Below, one piece after another: positions 1 to 9,305 of a stretch of 64,000 bases of DNA; within the stretch, counting starts at the first letter, position 1, and each line of letters opens with the position of its first letter. Where the stretch lies: NCBI GenBank assembly GCA_964604885.1, contig CAZSAB010000003.1, positions 28,335 to 92,334 of the forward strand. The letters are read 5' to 3'. The position numbers were made by a program, and so were the translations under genes. The DNA comes from an uncultured archaeon. GTDB taxonomy: Archaea; Nanohalarchaeota; Nanosalinia; Nanosalinales; Nanosalinaceae. Below the pieces are notes generated by a model. That model worked only from the letters and a program-made list of their open reading frames with translations. It did not search any database and was not told the DNA's origin.

Positions 1-19
1 TGCGGGATAAACCTCGAAC

Positions 20-337
20 ATGGTCTCAGAACAAGAAGTCAAGGAAGCACTCAAAGAAGTAATCGACCCGGAACTGAATGTCAACATAGTCGACCTAGGT
101 TTAGTGTATGAAATAGAAGTAAAGGACGACGAAGTGGACATCTTGATGACCTTGACAACACCGGGATGTCCTTTCGGCAGTATATTCGATGAGATGGTGA
201 GGCAGGAAGTCGGAGCAATTCAGGGAATCAACAGGGTAGAAGTAGACCTGACCTTTGAACCTTCATGGACACCAGAAAAAATGAGTGACAAAGCCAAAGA
301 TGAAGTAGGACATCTACCAGGAATGGAAGGATTTTAG
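20..337 (+). CDS. sufT: SufT / MIP18 (DUF59) Fe-S cluster maturation protein
   Basis: Motifs DPELNVNIVDLGLVY, MTLTTPGCP and LTFEPSW are typical of DUF59/PaaD-like proteins. Confidence 0.85.
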   Translation: MVSEQEVKEALKEVIDPELNVNIVDLGLVYEIEVKDDEVDILMTLTTPGCPFGSIFDEMVRQEVGAIQGINRVEVDLTFEPSWTPEKMSDKAKDEVGHLPGMEGF

Positions 338-354
338 TTTAAACAGAATCAAAG

Positions 355-426
355 TGCGGCGTCCGGGATTTGAACCCGGGTCGCCGGCTTGGAAGGCCGG
401 AGTCTTAGCCACTGGACCAACGCCGC
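355..426 (-). tRNA. tRNA-Gly (anticodon TCC), CCA not encoded
   Basis: Reverse complement gives acceptor stem GCGGCGT/ACGCCGC, anticodon arm CCGGC-CTTCCAA-GCCGG, T-arm CCGGG-TTCAAAT-CCCGG, discriminator A. Confidence 0.97.
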
Positions 427-557
427 TTAAGGTTACGTGTTAAGGACTAAGAATTCACTCAGTGAGTGGCTTTTAGTAAATCTTCATTGTCAGGTTATTT
501 TCTTAAAATGGTTCTGTTGGTTTCGGTTTTTTGAATCTTGCATTGTATTTGTTTTGT

Positions 558-971
558 ATGGTTTCTGATTTTTTGAAGGATAGAGCGAAGAAGGCTGTTG
601 AGCAGTTGAGTGAAGGTGTTGATACAGAGAACCGTGGTGACAACACGTTCAAAGTTGACAAGAGAAATGAGTTCGATGAGAAGCTCGAGCAGGATCTGGA
701 CACTGATGAAGCGGTCTGGAGCCGTGAAGAGGTCGAGTATCTGGCGAATAACAGGCACAAGATGAGTAATGATGAGCTCAAGGATTTTATAAACCGTAAA
801 TCGGATTTTCAAGAGGGTGGTTTTGAGCGTTTTTCGGAGGCCGAAGAAGAACTTATAATGCGGAACTTTCCTATGCAGGATGTTGAAACTCTTTCTGAGA
901 AGTTGGATCGACCTGAGGACCAGGTAGAGAAAGTGGTGAAAATGCTGGGTCTAGGCAATAAGTTAGAATAA
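558..971 (+). CDS. Hypothetical acidic protein with two Myb/SANT-like W/F-S-x-x-E-E helix-turn-helix repeats
   Basis: ORF track starts at 531; likely ATG at 558. Repeats WSREEVEYL...ELKDFINR and FSEAEEELI...LSEKLDRP. Confidence 0.55.
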   Translation: MVSDFLKDRAKKAVEQLSEGVDTENRGDNTFKVDKRNEFDEKLEQDLDTDEAVWSREEVEYLANNRHKMSNDELKDFINRKSDFQEGGFERFSEAEEELIMRNFPMQDVETLSEKLDRPEDQVEKVVKMLGLGNKLE

Positions 972-975
972 TACA

Positions 976-1722
976 ATGGACAGAGAAGAAATAAGAAATA
1001 AAGCACTGGAGAGAACACGGAAAGAGATAGAGGAGACTGATAGGGTTCAGTTGATGGTCAAGGCGGTTAAGAGTCTTGATGAAGTCAAGAATTCTCAGAG
1101 AAACGAGATAGAGGCTTTCCGTGACTGGTACTCTCTGCACTTCCCTGAGTTTGAAAGAGAGATTGAGGACGACCAACATCTGATAAAGATTCTCTCAGGC
1201 GGTGTCAAGAAACAAAACTTGGATTCCTTTAAACAGTTGGCTGAAAACTCTACAGGAATGCAGGTTTCAGGTGAAGACTCTGATATTCTCGAAGAATTTG
1301 TGGATGCCTTGAAGTCTCAGCAAGATATTGTAGAGAAGCTTGAGGAATATATTAGGGATATTGCGAAGGAGGAAATGCATAACACGTCGGTGCTTCTAGG
1401 ACCTATATTGGCAGCAAGAATTGTAAATTTAGCTGGAGGACTAGAAGACTTAGCTAAAAAACCTGCTTCCACTGTACAGATGTTGGGAGCTGAAAAAGCA
1501 CTTTTCCGTCATTTGAGAAAAGGAGGAAATCCTCCAAAACATGGAATACTCTTCGAACATGACTTTGTAAGCCCATTGCATCCGGATCAGAGGGGAAAGA
1601 TGGCGCGGTTCATCGCAAACAAGACGGTTATGGCGGCAAGGATAGATCAGTATGGTGACAAGGATAAAGGAGAGGAACTTAAAGAAGAATGCAGACAAAA
1701 ATTTGAAGAATTGATAGAATAG
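976..1722 (+). CDS. nop5: Nop5/Nop56 family C/D box sRNP protein (short form)
   Basis: WYSLHFPE, LAKKPASTVQMLGAEKALFRHL and PKHG motifs of the Nop domain. Confidence 0.93.
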   Translation: MDREEIRNKALERTRKEIEETDRVQLMVKAVKSLDEVKNSQRNEIEAFRDWYSLHFPEFEREIEDDQHLIKILSGGVKKQNLDSFKQLAENSTGMQVSGEDSDILEEFVDALKSQQDIVEKLEEYIRDIAKEEMHNTSVLLGPILAARIVNLAGGLEDLAKKPASTVQMLGAEKALFRHLRKGGNPPKHGILFEHDFVSPLHPDQRGKMARFIANKTVMAARIDQYGDKDKGEELKEECRQKFEELIE

Positions 1723-1725
1723 ACT

Positions 1726-2582
1726 TCACTTAACTTCTTCTACTTCTAACCAAGGAACTTCAGTAAGGGCTGGTACTTGTGTTTCAATGTGGTGGCCCCA
1801 GACACCTTGTTCTCCATATGCTTCTCCATGGTCGGGAGTAATGATAACTTTTCCATCCGCCTCTTCAGCTATTTCCTGTGCGTACCTCATTACATACCTC
1901 AAATTTTCCTCATGGAAGTCAATTAATGTGCTTCTCAAGCCGTTATTCAAAACTTCCCACAGAGATCTTAAATCAAGATTTGCAAACAACCTAATTTCAT
2001 CGATATCTCCAGGTCTTCAGCCCTGCTTACAAAATTAGAAAAACTCAAATCAACAAAACGGTCCTCATCTTCCTTTTTAAAACTTCCATTTCTATCTACT
2101 AAGTCCAAAACCTTATTTTGGAGGTGATTATTTACTTTTCCTTTACCTCTTCCGATGAATGGTGCGTGTGGCTGCATGTAATGGATCACAGTTCTAGTAT
2201 CTTCATAATCTTCTAAATTCTCTAAAAATTCTCGAGTAATATTTTCCGCAGGCACGGTCCCTAAACTTCTATCTCATTCGTTTTTCCACAAATCTACTAT
2301 ATTAGAAAAGTGGTTGCAGGGTTAGGTGTCATAAAGAACAAAATCCAAATGCTTCATAGATATATCCGCACTATAAATAAATGGAACGACCGATAGATAA
2401 TTTATATCATACTCTCCTTGAATATTGTCAACTCATTCCATGGTAGCTGAGGCATTACTATTTCTTTTCTTCAAATCTCCCTTGAAATAGTCTCTATAAA
2501 CTCTCTTAAATACGTCATATCTTGCAGAATCCAATATTATAGCGTAATCCCAGTCCTCTTCGAAAAAATTTTGATCTTTCAC
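1726..2582 (-). pseudogene. Degraded copy of the neighbouring alkaline-phosphatase/sulfatase-superfamily gene
   Basis: Manual translation gives VKDQNFFEEDWDYAIILDSARYDVF, HYMQPHAPF and ITPDHGEAYGE, matching 2641-3501. Interrupted by TGA (~2433, ~2274), TAA (~2322) and at least two frameshifts. Confidence 0.88.
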
Positions 2583-2640
2583 ATCAATCTGAAGAGTACT
2601 TCAATTTAAAATACTCATTTATCGTAAGAAATTTCCTCTA

Positions 2641-3501
2641 TTATTTCACTTTCTCCACTTCCAACCAGGGTACTTCAACCAGTGCAGGAATATGTGTTTC
2701 AACGTGGTGTTCCCATACGCCCTGTTCGCCAAATGCCTCTCCATGATCTGACGTTATGACTACTTTGCCGTCAAGTTCTTCGGCTAATTCACTGGCATTC
2801 TCCAGAACCAGTCTCATATTTTCCCTATAATACTTCATGAGCGTCTCTCGTGTATCTCCACGTATCACCTCAAAAATGGATGCAGTATCAAGGCTGGACA
2901 TGAATCCTAGCTTCATGAAAGCCTCTGTCTCTTCTAGTTTCCCGATAAGATTAGGAATTCTCTCAGATATACTGCCAGGCATTCTTCCTCCATCTTCACC
3001 TTCTTCTTTCAACTTACTGAAGCTTTTCTGCAGTTGCTTGTTTATCCTGCTCTTGCCTCTTCCAACAAAAGGTGCATGGGGTTGCATGTAGTGAATAACG
3101 GTTCTCCTATCTCCCAGATGGTTAATTCTATCTTTAAATTCTCTGTTGACGTCTTCAGGGTGAACAGTTCCGCTTTCCTCATCCCAGACCTCATCCCAGA
3201 GATCCACTACATGTGCAATATGTTTTGAAGGAGTTTTATCGTAGTCCACAGCCCCAATTTCGTTTAGCGGGAGACCTATTCCATTGATGAAAGGATTTGC
3301 TGAGAACCAGTTGATGTTCTGCCGTCCTTCAAGAACTTTGTCAGCCCATTCAGGAGTTGCTGAGGCCTTGCTTTTTCTCTTTTCCAAGTTACCGGAAAAA
3401 TATTCTCCGTACATTTCCTCAAATACGTCGTAACGTGCTGAATCCAGGATAATTGCGTAGTCCCAGTCCTCTTCCAGAAAGTTTTGATCCTTCACACACA
3501 A
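2641..3501 (-). CDS. Alkaline phosphatase/sulfatase-like superfamily protein (haloarchaeal type)
   Basis: DWDYAIILDSARYD, HYMQPHAPF and ITSDHGEAFGE motifs; probable start GTG at 3495. Confidence 0.75.
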   Translation of the reverse strand: MCVKDQNFLEEDWDYAIILDSARYDVFEEMYGEYFSGNLEKRKSKASATPEWADKVLEGRQNINWFSANPFINGIGLPLNEIGAVDYDKTPSKHIAHVVDLWDEVWDEESGTVHPEDVNREFKDRINHLGDRRTVIHYMQPHAPFVGRGKSRINKQLQKSFSKLKEEGEDGGRMPGSISERIPNLIGKLEETEAFMKLGFMSSLDTASIFEVIRGDTRETLMKYYRENMRLVLENASELAEELDGKVVITSDHGEAFGEQGVWEHHVETHIPALVEVPWLEVEKVK

Positions 3502-3545
3502 AATTTAATCAGTGGATTTTAACTTTTTACCGAAGAAACTGAAAT

Positions 3546-4211
3546 ATGGAAGAAATTCAGCCGGGGATCTACAGAGGGAATGGAAATCTCTATACACATA
3601 ATTCAAATCCTGGAAAGAAAGTCTATGGAGAAGGATTATATGATAGAGAGGAAAAGGAGTTCAGGGCCTGGCACGGCAACAGGTCGAAGGCAGCGGCCGC
3701 AGTGTTGAATGGAATTGATATAGAGCTAGATCAGGATGATGAAGTTCTGTATCTTGGAGCGGCGTCAGGAACAACTGTGTCTCACTTCTCAGATATCTTG
3801 GAAGAAGGCTTTATTTACGCCGTCGAATACTCAGATACTGTAATTAGGGATCTAGTGGAACTGGCTGAAAAAAGGGACAACATAGCTCCGATACTGGGAG
3901 ATGCAAGAAATCCGGACGAATACAGTGATCTAGTGGAAGGAAGAGTGGATATTATTTTTCAGGATATATCGCAAAGTGACCAACCTGAGATTTTCCTTAA
4001 AAACAGTGAAAAGTTCCTTAAAAAAGGCGGTATAGGGCTTTTGGCAGTTAAGGCTCACTCTATATCAACTTCTAGGAACGAGGAAGAAGTATTTCAAGAA
4101 GTAAAAGAAAAATTAGTGGGAAAATTTGATTTAATCAGTGAGGCAAAGCTTGAGCCTTACGAGAAAAACCACTTATTTCTTAAACTTCGATTCAAAGGTG
4201 GAGAAAATTGA
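3546..4211 (+). CDS. flpA: Fibrillarin-like rRNA/tRNA 2'-O-methyltransferase
   Basis: RSKAAAA, VLYLGAASGTTVSHFSD, NIAPILGDA and QDISQ motifs. Confidence 0.96.
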   Translation: MEEIQPGIYRGNGNLYTHNSNPGKKVYGEGLYDREEKEFRAWHGNRSKAAAAVLNGIDIELDQDDEVLYLGAASGTTVSHFSDILEEGFIYAVEYSDTVIRDLVELAEKRDNIAPILGDARNPDEYSDLVEGRVDIIFQDISQSDQPEIFLKNSEKFLKKGGIGLLAVKAHSISTSRNEEEVFQEVKEKLVGKFDLISEAKLEPYEKNHLFLKLRFKGGEN

Positions 4212-4606
4212 AGACGGTGATGGCTCAAGGAACTTTTGATATTATACATCCTGGTCATATCCACTATCTAGAAAAATCTAGGGAGAAAGGTGATAAACTC
4301 TTTGTTGTCATAGCAAGGGATTCAAGAATTGAAGATCGGAAAAACCTTTTTTTCAGTGAAGAAGAAAGGAGAAAAATTGTCGGGTCGCTTGAAGCAGTTG
4401 ATAAAGCCCTTTTGGGAAGCAAGGACGACATTTACTCCACTGTAGAAAAAATTAATCCTGATCTAATTACCTTAGGAAGTGATCAGGATCACTCCGAGTC
4501 CGAGGTAAAGGAGATGGCTGAAAAAGCTACGGGGCATAGGGTTGAGGTAGTTAGATTATCGGAACTTGGAGATTACTCATCTTCAAAAATTAGAGAACGC
4601 CTTTGA
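4208..4606 (+). CDS. ribL: FAD synthase (cytidylyltransferase superfamily)
   Basis: GTFDIIHPGHIHYL (HxGH), VIARD, ITLGSDQ and SSSKI motifs. Confidence 0.8.
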   Translation: MKTVMAQGTFDIIHPGHIHYLEKSREKGDKLFVVIARDSRIEDRKNLFFSEEERRKIVGSLEAVDKALLGSKDDIYSTVEKINPDLITLGSDQDHSESEVKEMAEKATGHRVEVVRLSELGDYSSSKIRERL

Positions 4607-4649
4607 TATCACCCCTACAAGTTATAATCTGCCTCAAGAAATTTTTGAT

Positions 4650-5693
4650 GTGGGCTTTTGCAAAGGGCAAAGCGGTATAGAGTACTTAACAACGTATGGC
4701 TGGATGATTGTGGCTGCTAGTGTGGTCGGAGGAACAATGTACACTCAGATTGATACGGATACTTGTGGGCCGCGGGCTGATGGTTTTTCTGCTCCTTTTC
4801 CGACGGTTGAAGATGTTTACCGGTACGAAAACGGTACTGTTGTCTTGGATGTTAGGAATCCTGAGGACAGTTCAGTAGAAATTAACGAGATAGTAATCAG
4901 GGAAGATGGGGAAGAAGTCGGGATACTTGACTTAAACAAGCAAGTGAATGGTCAGGCCTCAGAGTTGATAAACACTAATAGGTTTAAGACCTCTGAAAGC
5001 TGCGAGACCAGAGACATTCAGATAAACTACGACTCAGGCACGCTCTCAGGGCTAACCGCTAACGGAACATTAACTGGAAGACTAGACCTTGTAAAGCTAA
5101 AAGCATTGTTTACTGTAAATCAAACCTTCCCGGCAACTAACGAACAGATCAAGTTCAACGCATCTGATACAGACGGAAAAAACAGTATAGAACACTACAA
5201 CTGGAGCTTTGGAGACGGAAACACAGCAAAAGGAAAAACAGTTACACACAACTACAGCCAACCAGGAATATACAATGCGGAGTTAGAATTAGAGGATACA
5301 GAAGGAATAATTGACTCAGAAACAGCTCAAATATTTGTAGGAGGGCTGCTGGAAAGAGGAGGGGACAACATATCATCCTTAAAAGTAGCTGACAGCCTGG
5401 TGATCAAGTGTGCAGGAGGAAAATGCGTCAAAGTTTCTGAAGACGATGAAACAGGAGTAAACGCAGAAGGGGATATAATGGAGGGCACCCTGTTCACAAA
5501 CAGGCTGGTGGTCAGAACCACAGACTACTGCGTAACAGACTACGCCTCCGAAGGCTCGGACGAAGGCTGCGACAGGTCTTTAGGGAATGCAGGAGGCAAA
5601 GTCTCCGAAGAGAACAACACTATGTACGGAAGCCTAAAAGTACCTACCGTAAAACCACTTCAAAATATGCTCTGCCTAGGCAGCAACTGCTGA
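4650..5693 (+). CDS. Class III signal peptide (type IV pilin-like) protein with PKD domain and Cys-containing C-terminus
   Basis: Likely GTG start at 4650 gives MGFCKG/QSGIEYL (E at +5) then a hydrophobic helix. PKD motif FNASD...YNWSFGDG...VTHNYSQPGIY. ORF track starts at 4566. Confidence 0.75.
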   Translation: MGFCKGQSGIEYLTTYGWMIVAASVVGGTMYTQIDTDTCGPRADGFSAPFPTVEDVYRYENGTVVLDVRNPEDSSVEINEIVIREDGEEVGILDLNKQVNGQASELINTNRFKTSESCETRDIQINYDSGTLSGLTANGTLTGRLDLVKLKALFTVNQTFPATNEQIKFNASDTDGKNSIEHYNWSFGDGNTAKGKTVTHNYSQPGIYNAELELEDTEGIIDSETAQIFVGGLLERGGDNISSLKVADSLVIKCAGGKCVKVSEDDETGVNAEGDIMEGTLFTNRLVVRTTDYCVTDYASEGSDEGCDRSLGNAGGKVSEENNTMYGSLKVPTVKPLQNMLCLGSNC

Positions 5694-5732
5694 TAAAAAC
5701 CAATTAAAACCACCAAAACAAAATACAAGTCA

Positions 5733-8303
5733 ATGAATTATAAAATTCCTATACACCTCTCCATAATACTTCTAACTGTAAGTTTATCCGCCGCCACACT
5801 CGACTTTAGAACCCAGAACCCTATCAACTTTCATTCCTCACTAGACATCAACAGCAACAATATAGACAATGTCAGCGAAATACTTAGAGACGGAACCACA
5901 AACCTGAAACTAAACAGTAACGGCAATGTAGAGGTGTCACAGGGAGACTTAAAGGTTTCAAGCGGTGAAATACTTATTCCATCCCAGTTCAAGATCTCCG
6001 ACACAGGAGTAATAGAATCAAGGAGATCAGATGATAACCTTTACCTAGACCTGGGAAGCGGAGGAACAGGCCAACTCAACGTGAGAGACTCAGGACGAAC
6101 AAATCTGTTGGTGGTGAAAGAGGATGGAGAAGTACTGGTAAAAGAAGGAACCCTAAACCTGACGAACAGCCGGATAACCGACGTCAACACACCACAAGAA
6201 GGAACCGATGCCGCAAACTTTGCATGGGTGGACAGCAACTTCGTAAACAGAAGCGGGGATACTATGAACGGTAACATAGACATGAATGGAAACAATATAA
6301 CAGACATAAGATACCTCAACATGACCTCAGGCCTGGAAATAGATGGAGACATAGACACCAACAGCGGAGCAATAGATACAGATGGAGGAAACGTGATACT
6401 CAGAGGAGGCTACATCTCCAACGACGGCGACAACGAAGGCCTACAAGTAAACGATTCAGGAGATGTGAATGTGCCAAGCGGAGATATAGGTGTTTCTGGT
6501 ACGACTGATGGTGTTGATATAGATAATCCTGGGAATGCTATTGTAATAAACAGTCAGAGATATGCGATTGCTGATGATTCAATTGGAGATGGAGAAATAG
6601 GTGAGGATGCAGTAGGAGACACTGAGTTGAACAATTCGCAGTCATTTGACGTAAGCGGGTTGACTACAACTGATTTGACAGCTACCGGTACGGTAAGTTT
6701 TCCTAACAATGCAATAAGCAATGCAGAGTTGGCCAACAGCAGTTTAACTGTTGCAGGCAACAGTGTTTCTCTTGGAAGCAGCACGGCAGTATCGATTAAT
6801 GACTTATCGGATGTTGACAGTGTATCTGAAAACGCTGGACAGGTCTTGATATGGGATGATAACAACGACCAGTACTCTAACGCCAAGATTACCTCGGGAA
6901 GCGGCCTAGGATCAAGTTCAGGAGATGCATCATATACATTGGATGTAAATACAGGCAACGGTATAGAGATCAACACAGATGACGTCAGAGTAAACCCTGA
7001 ACAGTTTGCAGGAGATGGATTAAAAGAGACTAGTGCAACCTCAATGGGTGTTGAGCCGGACGATATTGCGGGGAGCTACCTAAGCGATGATGGTGGCGAT
7101 GACCTGCAGGTGAACACAGGTTCTTACATTTCGGGAGATGGCTCAGACAATATCCAGGTCAACATAGATAATGGTTTACAGGGAGACGGATCCGACAATA
7201 TAGAAGTGGCCTGGGGTGACGCCAACGATTTAGGAAACAGCGGTGGTTTAAGCGATAATGTTGTGAACGGCGACGAACTTTCCGATTCTTTTTGTTCTTC
7301 GAGCCAAGTCCTTGTATTTGACGGGACGAATTGGGTTTGTGCAGATAGAGACAGTGTAGGGACGGACAGCCAGGATCTTTCCTCAGAAAATGCCTCAAAC
7401 CCTGACAGTATACCAAACGTAGTTCACAAGATTAAAATCACAAACGGCAGTAACACCGCAGTCAAAGACTACTACGAAAAAGATACTACCGCAGATGAAT
7501 ACAATAACTGGGATTGGTATATGGATGGAAGCAGCAAGAAAAGCGTGACAAGCGGCGGTACTGCAGGAATTGATTCGGGCAACGCCATCAGCCTAAGCTA
7601 CAATAATGGCCGTGATATTCAGGTAGATGTCTCAGCCTCTGACCTGGCTGGCAGCGAGTTAACAGACAACAGCGGAGCCCTGGACGTCAATCTGAAGACG
7701 TTAAGCAGTGATTCGAGTATCAGCGGCAGCGATTACGATGGTTCTAATAACAGGGATTGGAGTGTGGCTTGGGAAGATGCCAATGATTTAGGAAGTAAAG
7801 GCGGCCTCAGCGACAATGTAGTGAACGGCGACGAACTCTCCGACTCTATGTGTGGAACCGATAAGGTGCTAGTTTATGATGGGAATAACTGGGTGTGTGA
7901 ATCAAAATCCGCGGTTGGCACAGACGACCAAGGCCTCCCATCAGTCCTTGGAAACAATAATCAGGCAAACATGAGCATAGACATGAATGAGAAAAGGATC
8001 AAAAACGTTCCAAAACCTCAGGCCCAGGGAGACGCAGTAAACAAGTCTTACGTAGACAAGAAGGCCGGAGAAGCTGACAATAATGCCACACAGAACTTGG
8101 AGCAGGTGCTTGAAGAAGGAAACGGTGCAGGAGACGACAACATAAACATGGACAGCCAGAACATAAAAGACGCAGGAAAAATCGGGGTAGGAACAGCAAG
8201 TCCTTCGGAAGATTTGGATGTAGATGGCAGCGCAAGCGTCAGCTCCAGCGGAACCACAATGAAAGTCGAAAACAATGGCGACGTGGTGATAACCCTTGGA
8301 TAA
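5733..8303 (+). CDS. Secreted acidic repeat protein with phage tail-fibre / trimeric adhesin-like motifs (856 aa)
   Basis: Sec signal peptide. Motifs RITDVNTPQEGTDAANFAWVD, FVNRSGDTMNGNIDMNGN, RIKNVPKPQAQGDAVNKSYVD and IGVGTASPSEDLDVDG. No C-terminal membrane anchor. Confidence 0.7.
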   Translation: MNYKIPIHLSIILLTVSLSAATLDFRTQNPINFHSSLDINSNNIDNVSEILRDGTTNLKLNSNGNVEVSQGDLKVSSGEILIPSQFKISDTGVIESRRSDDNLYLDLGSGGTGQLNVRDSGRTNLLVVKEDGEVLVKEGTLNLTNSRITDVNTPQEGTDAANFAWVDSNFVNRSGDTMNGNIDMNGNNITDIRYLNMTSGLEIDGDIDTNSGAIDTDGGNVILRGGYISNDGDNEGLQVNDSGDVNVPSGDIGVSGTTDGVDIDNPGNAIVINSQRYAIADDSIGDGEIGEDAVGDTELNNSQSFDVSGLTTTDLTATGTVSFPNNAISNAELANSSLTVAGNSVSLGSSTAVSINDLSDVDSVSENAGQVLIWDDNNDQYSNAKITSGSGLGSSSGDASYTLDVNTGNGIEINTDDVRVNPEQFAGDGLKETSATSMGVEPDDIAGSYLSDDGGDDLQVNTGSYISGDGSDNIQVNIDNGLQGDGSDNIEVAWGDANDLGNSGGLSDNVVNGDELSDSFCSSSQVLVFDGTNWVCADRDSVGTDSQDLSSENASNPDSIPNVVHKIKITNGSNTAVKDYYEKDTTADEYNNWDWYMDGSSKKSVTSGGTAGIDSGNAISLSYNNGRDIQVDVSASDLAGSELTDNSGALDVNLKTLSSDSSISGSDYDGSNNRDWSVAWEDANDLGSKGGLSDNVVNGDELSDSMCGTDKVLVYDGNNWVCESKSAVGTDDQGLPSVLGNNNQANMSIDMNEKRIKNVPKPQAQGDAVNKSYVDKKAGEADNNATQNLEQVLEEGNGAGDDNINMDSQNIKDAGKIGVGTASPSEDLDVDGSASVSSSGTTMKVENNGDVVITLG

Positions 8304-9305
8304 AAAAATAATTGCATTAACATTGGCTCTACTATTATTTATAGGATCTGCCTCAGCCAAGGACTTTATCATAGAAGACAGCTCAAACAACAACCTCCTG
8401 GAAGTAAACGGAACGAGCCAAAATGTAGAAGTACCGAACGGAAACCTCAACCTCGGAAACAACAACCTCAATAATATAGGAGGCCTACAAAGCTGTGCGG
8501 ACAGCGATTATGTAGGCGGAGATGGAACATGTTACAGCGACAGCACAGCAGACGAATATGATGACTGGGACTGGTTCATGGATGGTTCCGAGCAGAAAAG
8601 TGTATCTAGCGGCCAGGACGCAGGAATTGATTCGGGCAATGCCATCAGCCTAAGCTACAACGATGCCAGAGACATACAAGTAGCCGTCTCAGCCTCTGGT
8701 TTGGATGGTAGTTATCTTTCTAGTGGTGGTGGTGAGTTGGATGTTTCTGATAGTTGGATTGATGAAGGATCTTCTGATGTTGATGGTTCTACTATTGAGT
8801 ATAGTTCTGGTACTTTGAATGTTGTTGATTCTGGTATCACTTCGACTCAGTTGGATGAGTCTGATACTTATAGTTTGGGTTGGAGTAATTTGGGTATTAG
8901 TCAGTCGGATGTTGGTCCTGGTGATATTCCGTTCAGTGGTAATACTGGTTGGAGTGACTTGGATATTTCTCAGTCTGATATTGATTACAGTGATATTCCT
9001 CTTTCCAATCATGCTGGCGACCAGATTACTTGGGACTCCAACAATAACGAGTACGATACTAATCTTAACTCTTTAAGCAGTGATTCGAGTATCAGCGGCA
9101 GCGATTACGACGGTTCTTCTAGTCGGACTTGGAGTGTGGCCTGGGGAGATGCCGATGATTTAGGAAGTAGTGGAGGATTGAATGATAATGTTGTGAACGG
9201 CGACGAACTCTCGGACTCATTTTGCCTAACTGATGAAGTCATGGTGTATGATGGGAATAACTGGGTGTGCGAATCGAAAACTGGTGTTGGAACAGACGAT
9301 CAAAA
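7200..9305 (+). repeat. Module C (SSDSSISGSDYDGS...WSVAW.DA.DLG..GGL.DNVVNGDELSDS.C...YDGNNWVCESK..VGTDDQ)
   Basis: Full copies at about 7701-7930 and 9073-9305, both starting ttaagcagtgattcgagtatcagcggcagcgattacga; partial copy at about 7200-7370. Confidence 0.88.

Noticed and set aside
2274-2435. Two TGA codons at positions where the intact paralog has Trp, hinting at TGA=Trp recoding
   Set aside because: The same copy also has a TAA and frameshifts, and TGA ends intact genes here (e.g. ribL, rps28e); TGG-to-TGA mutation in a pseudogene explains it.
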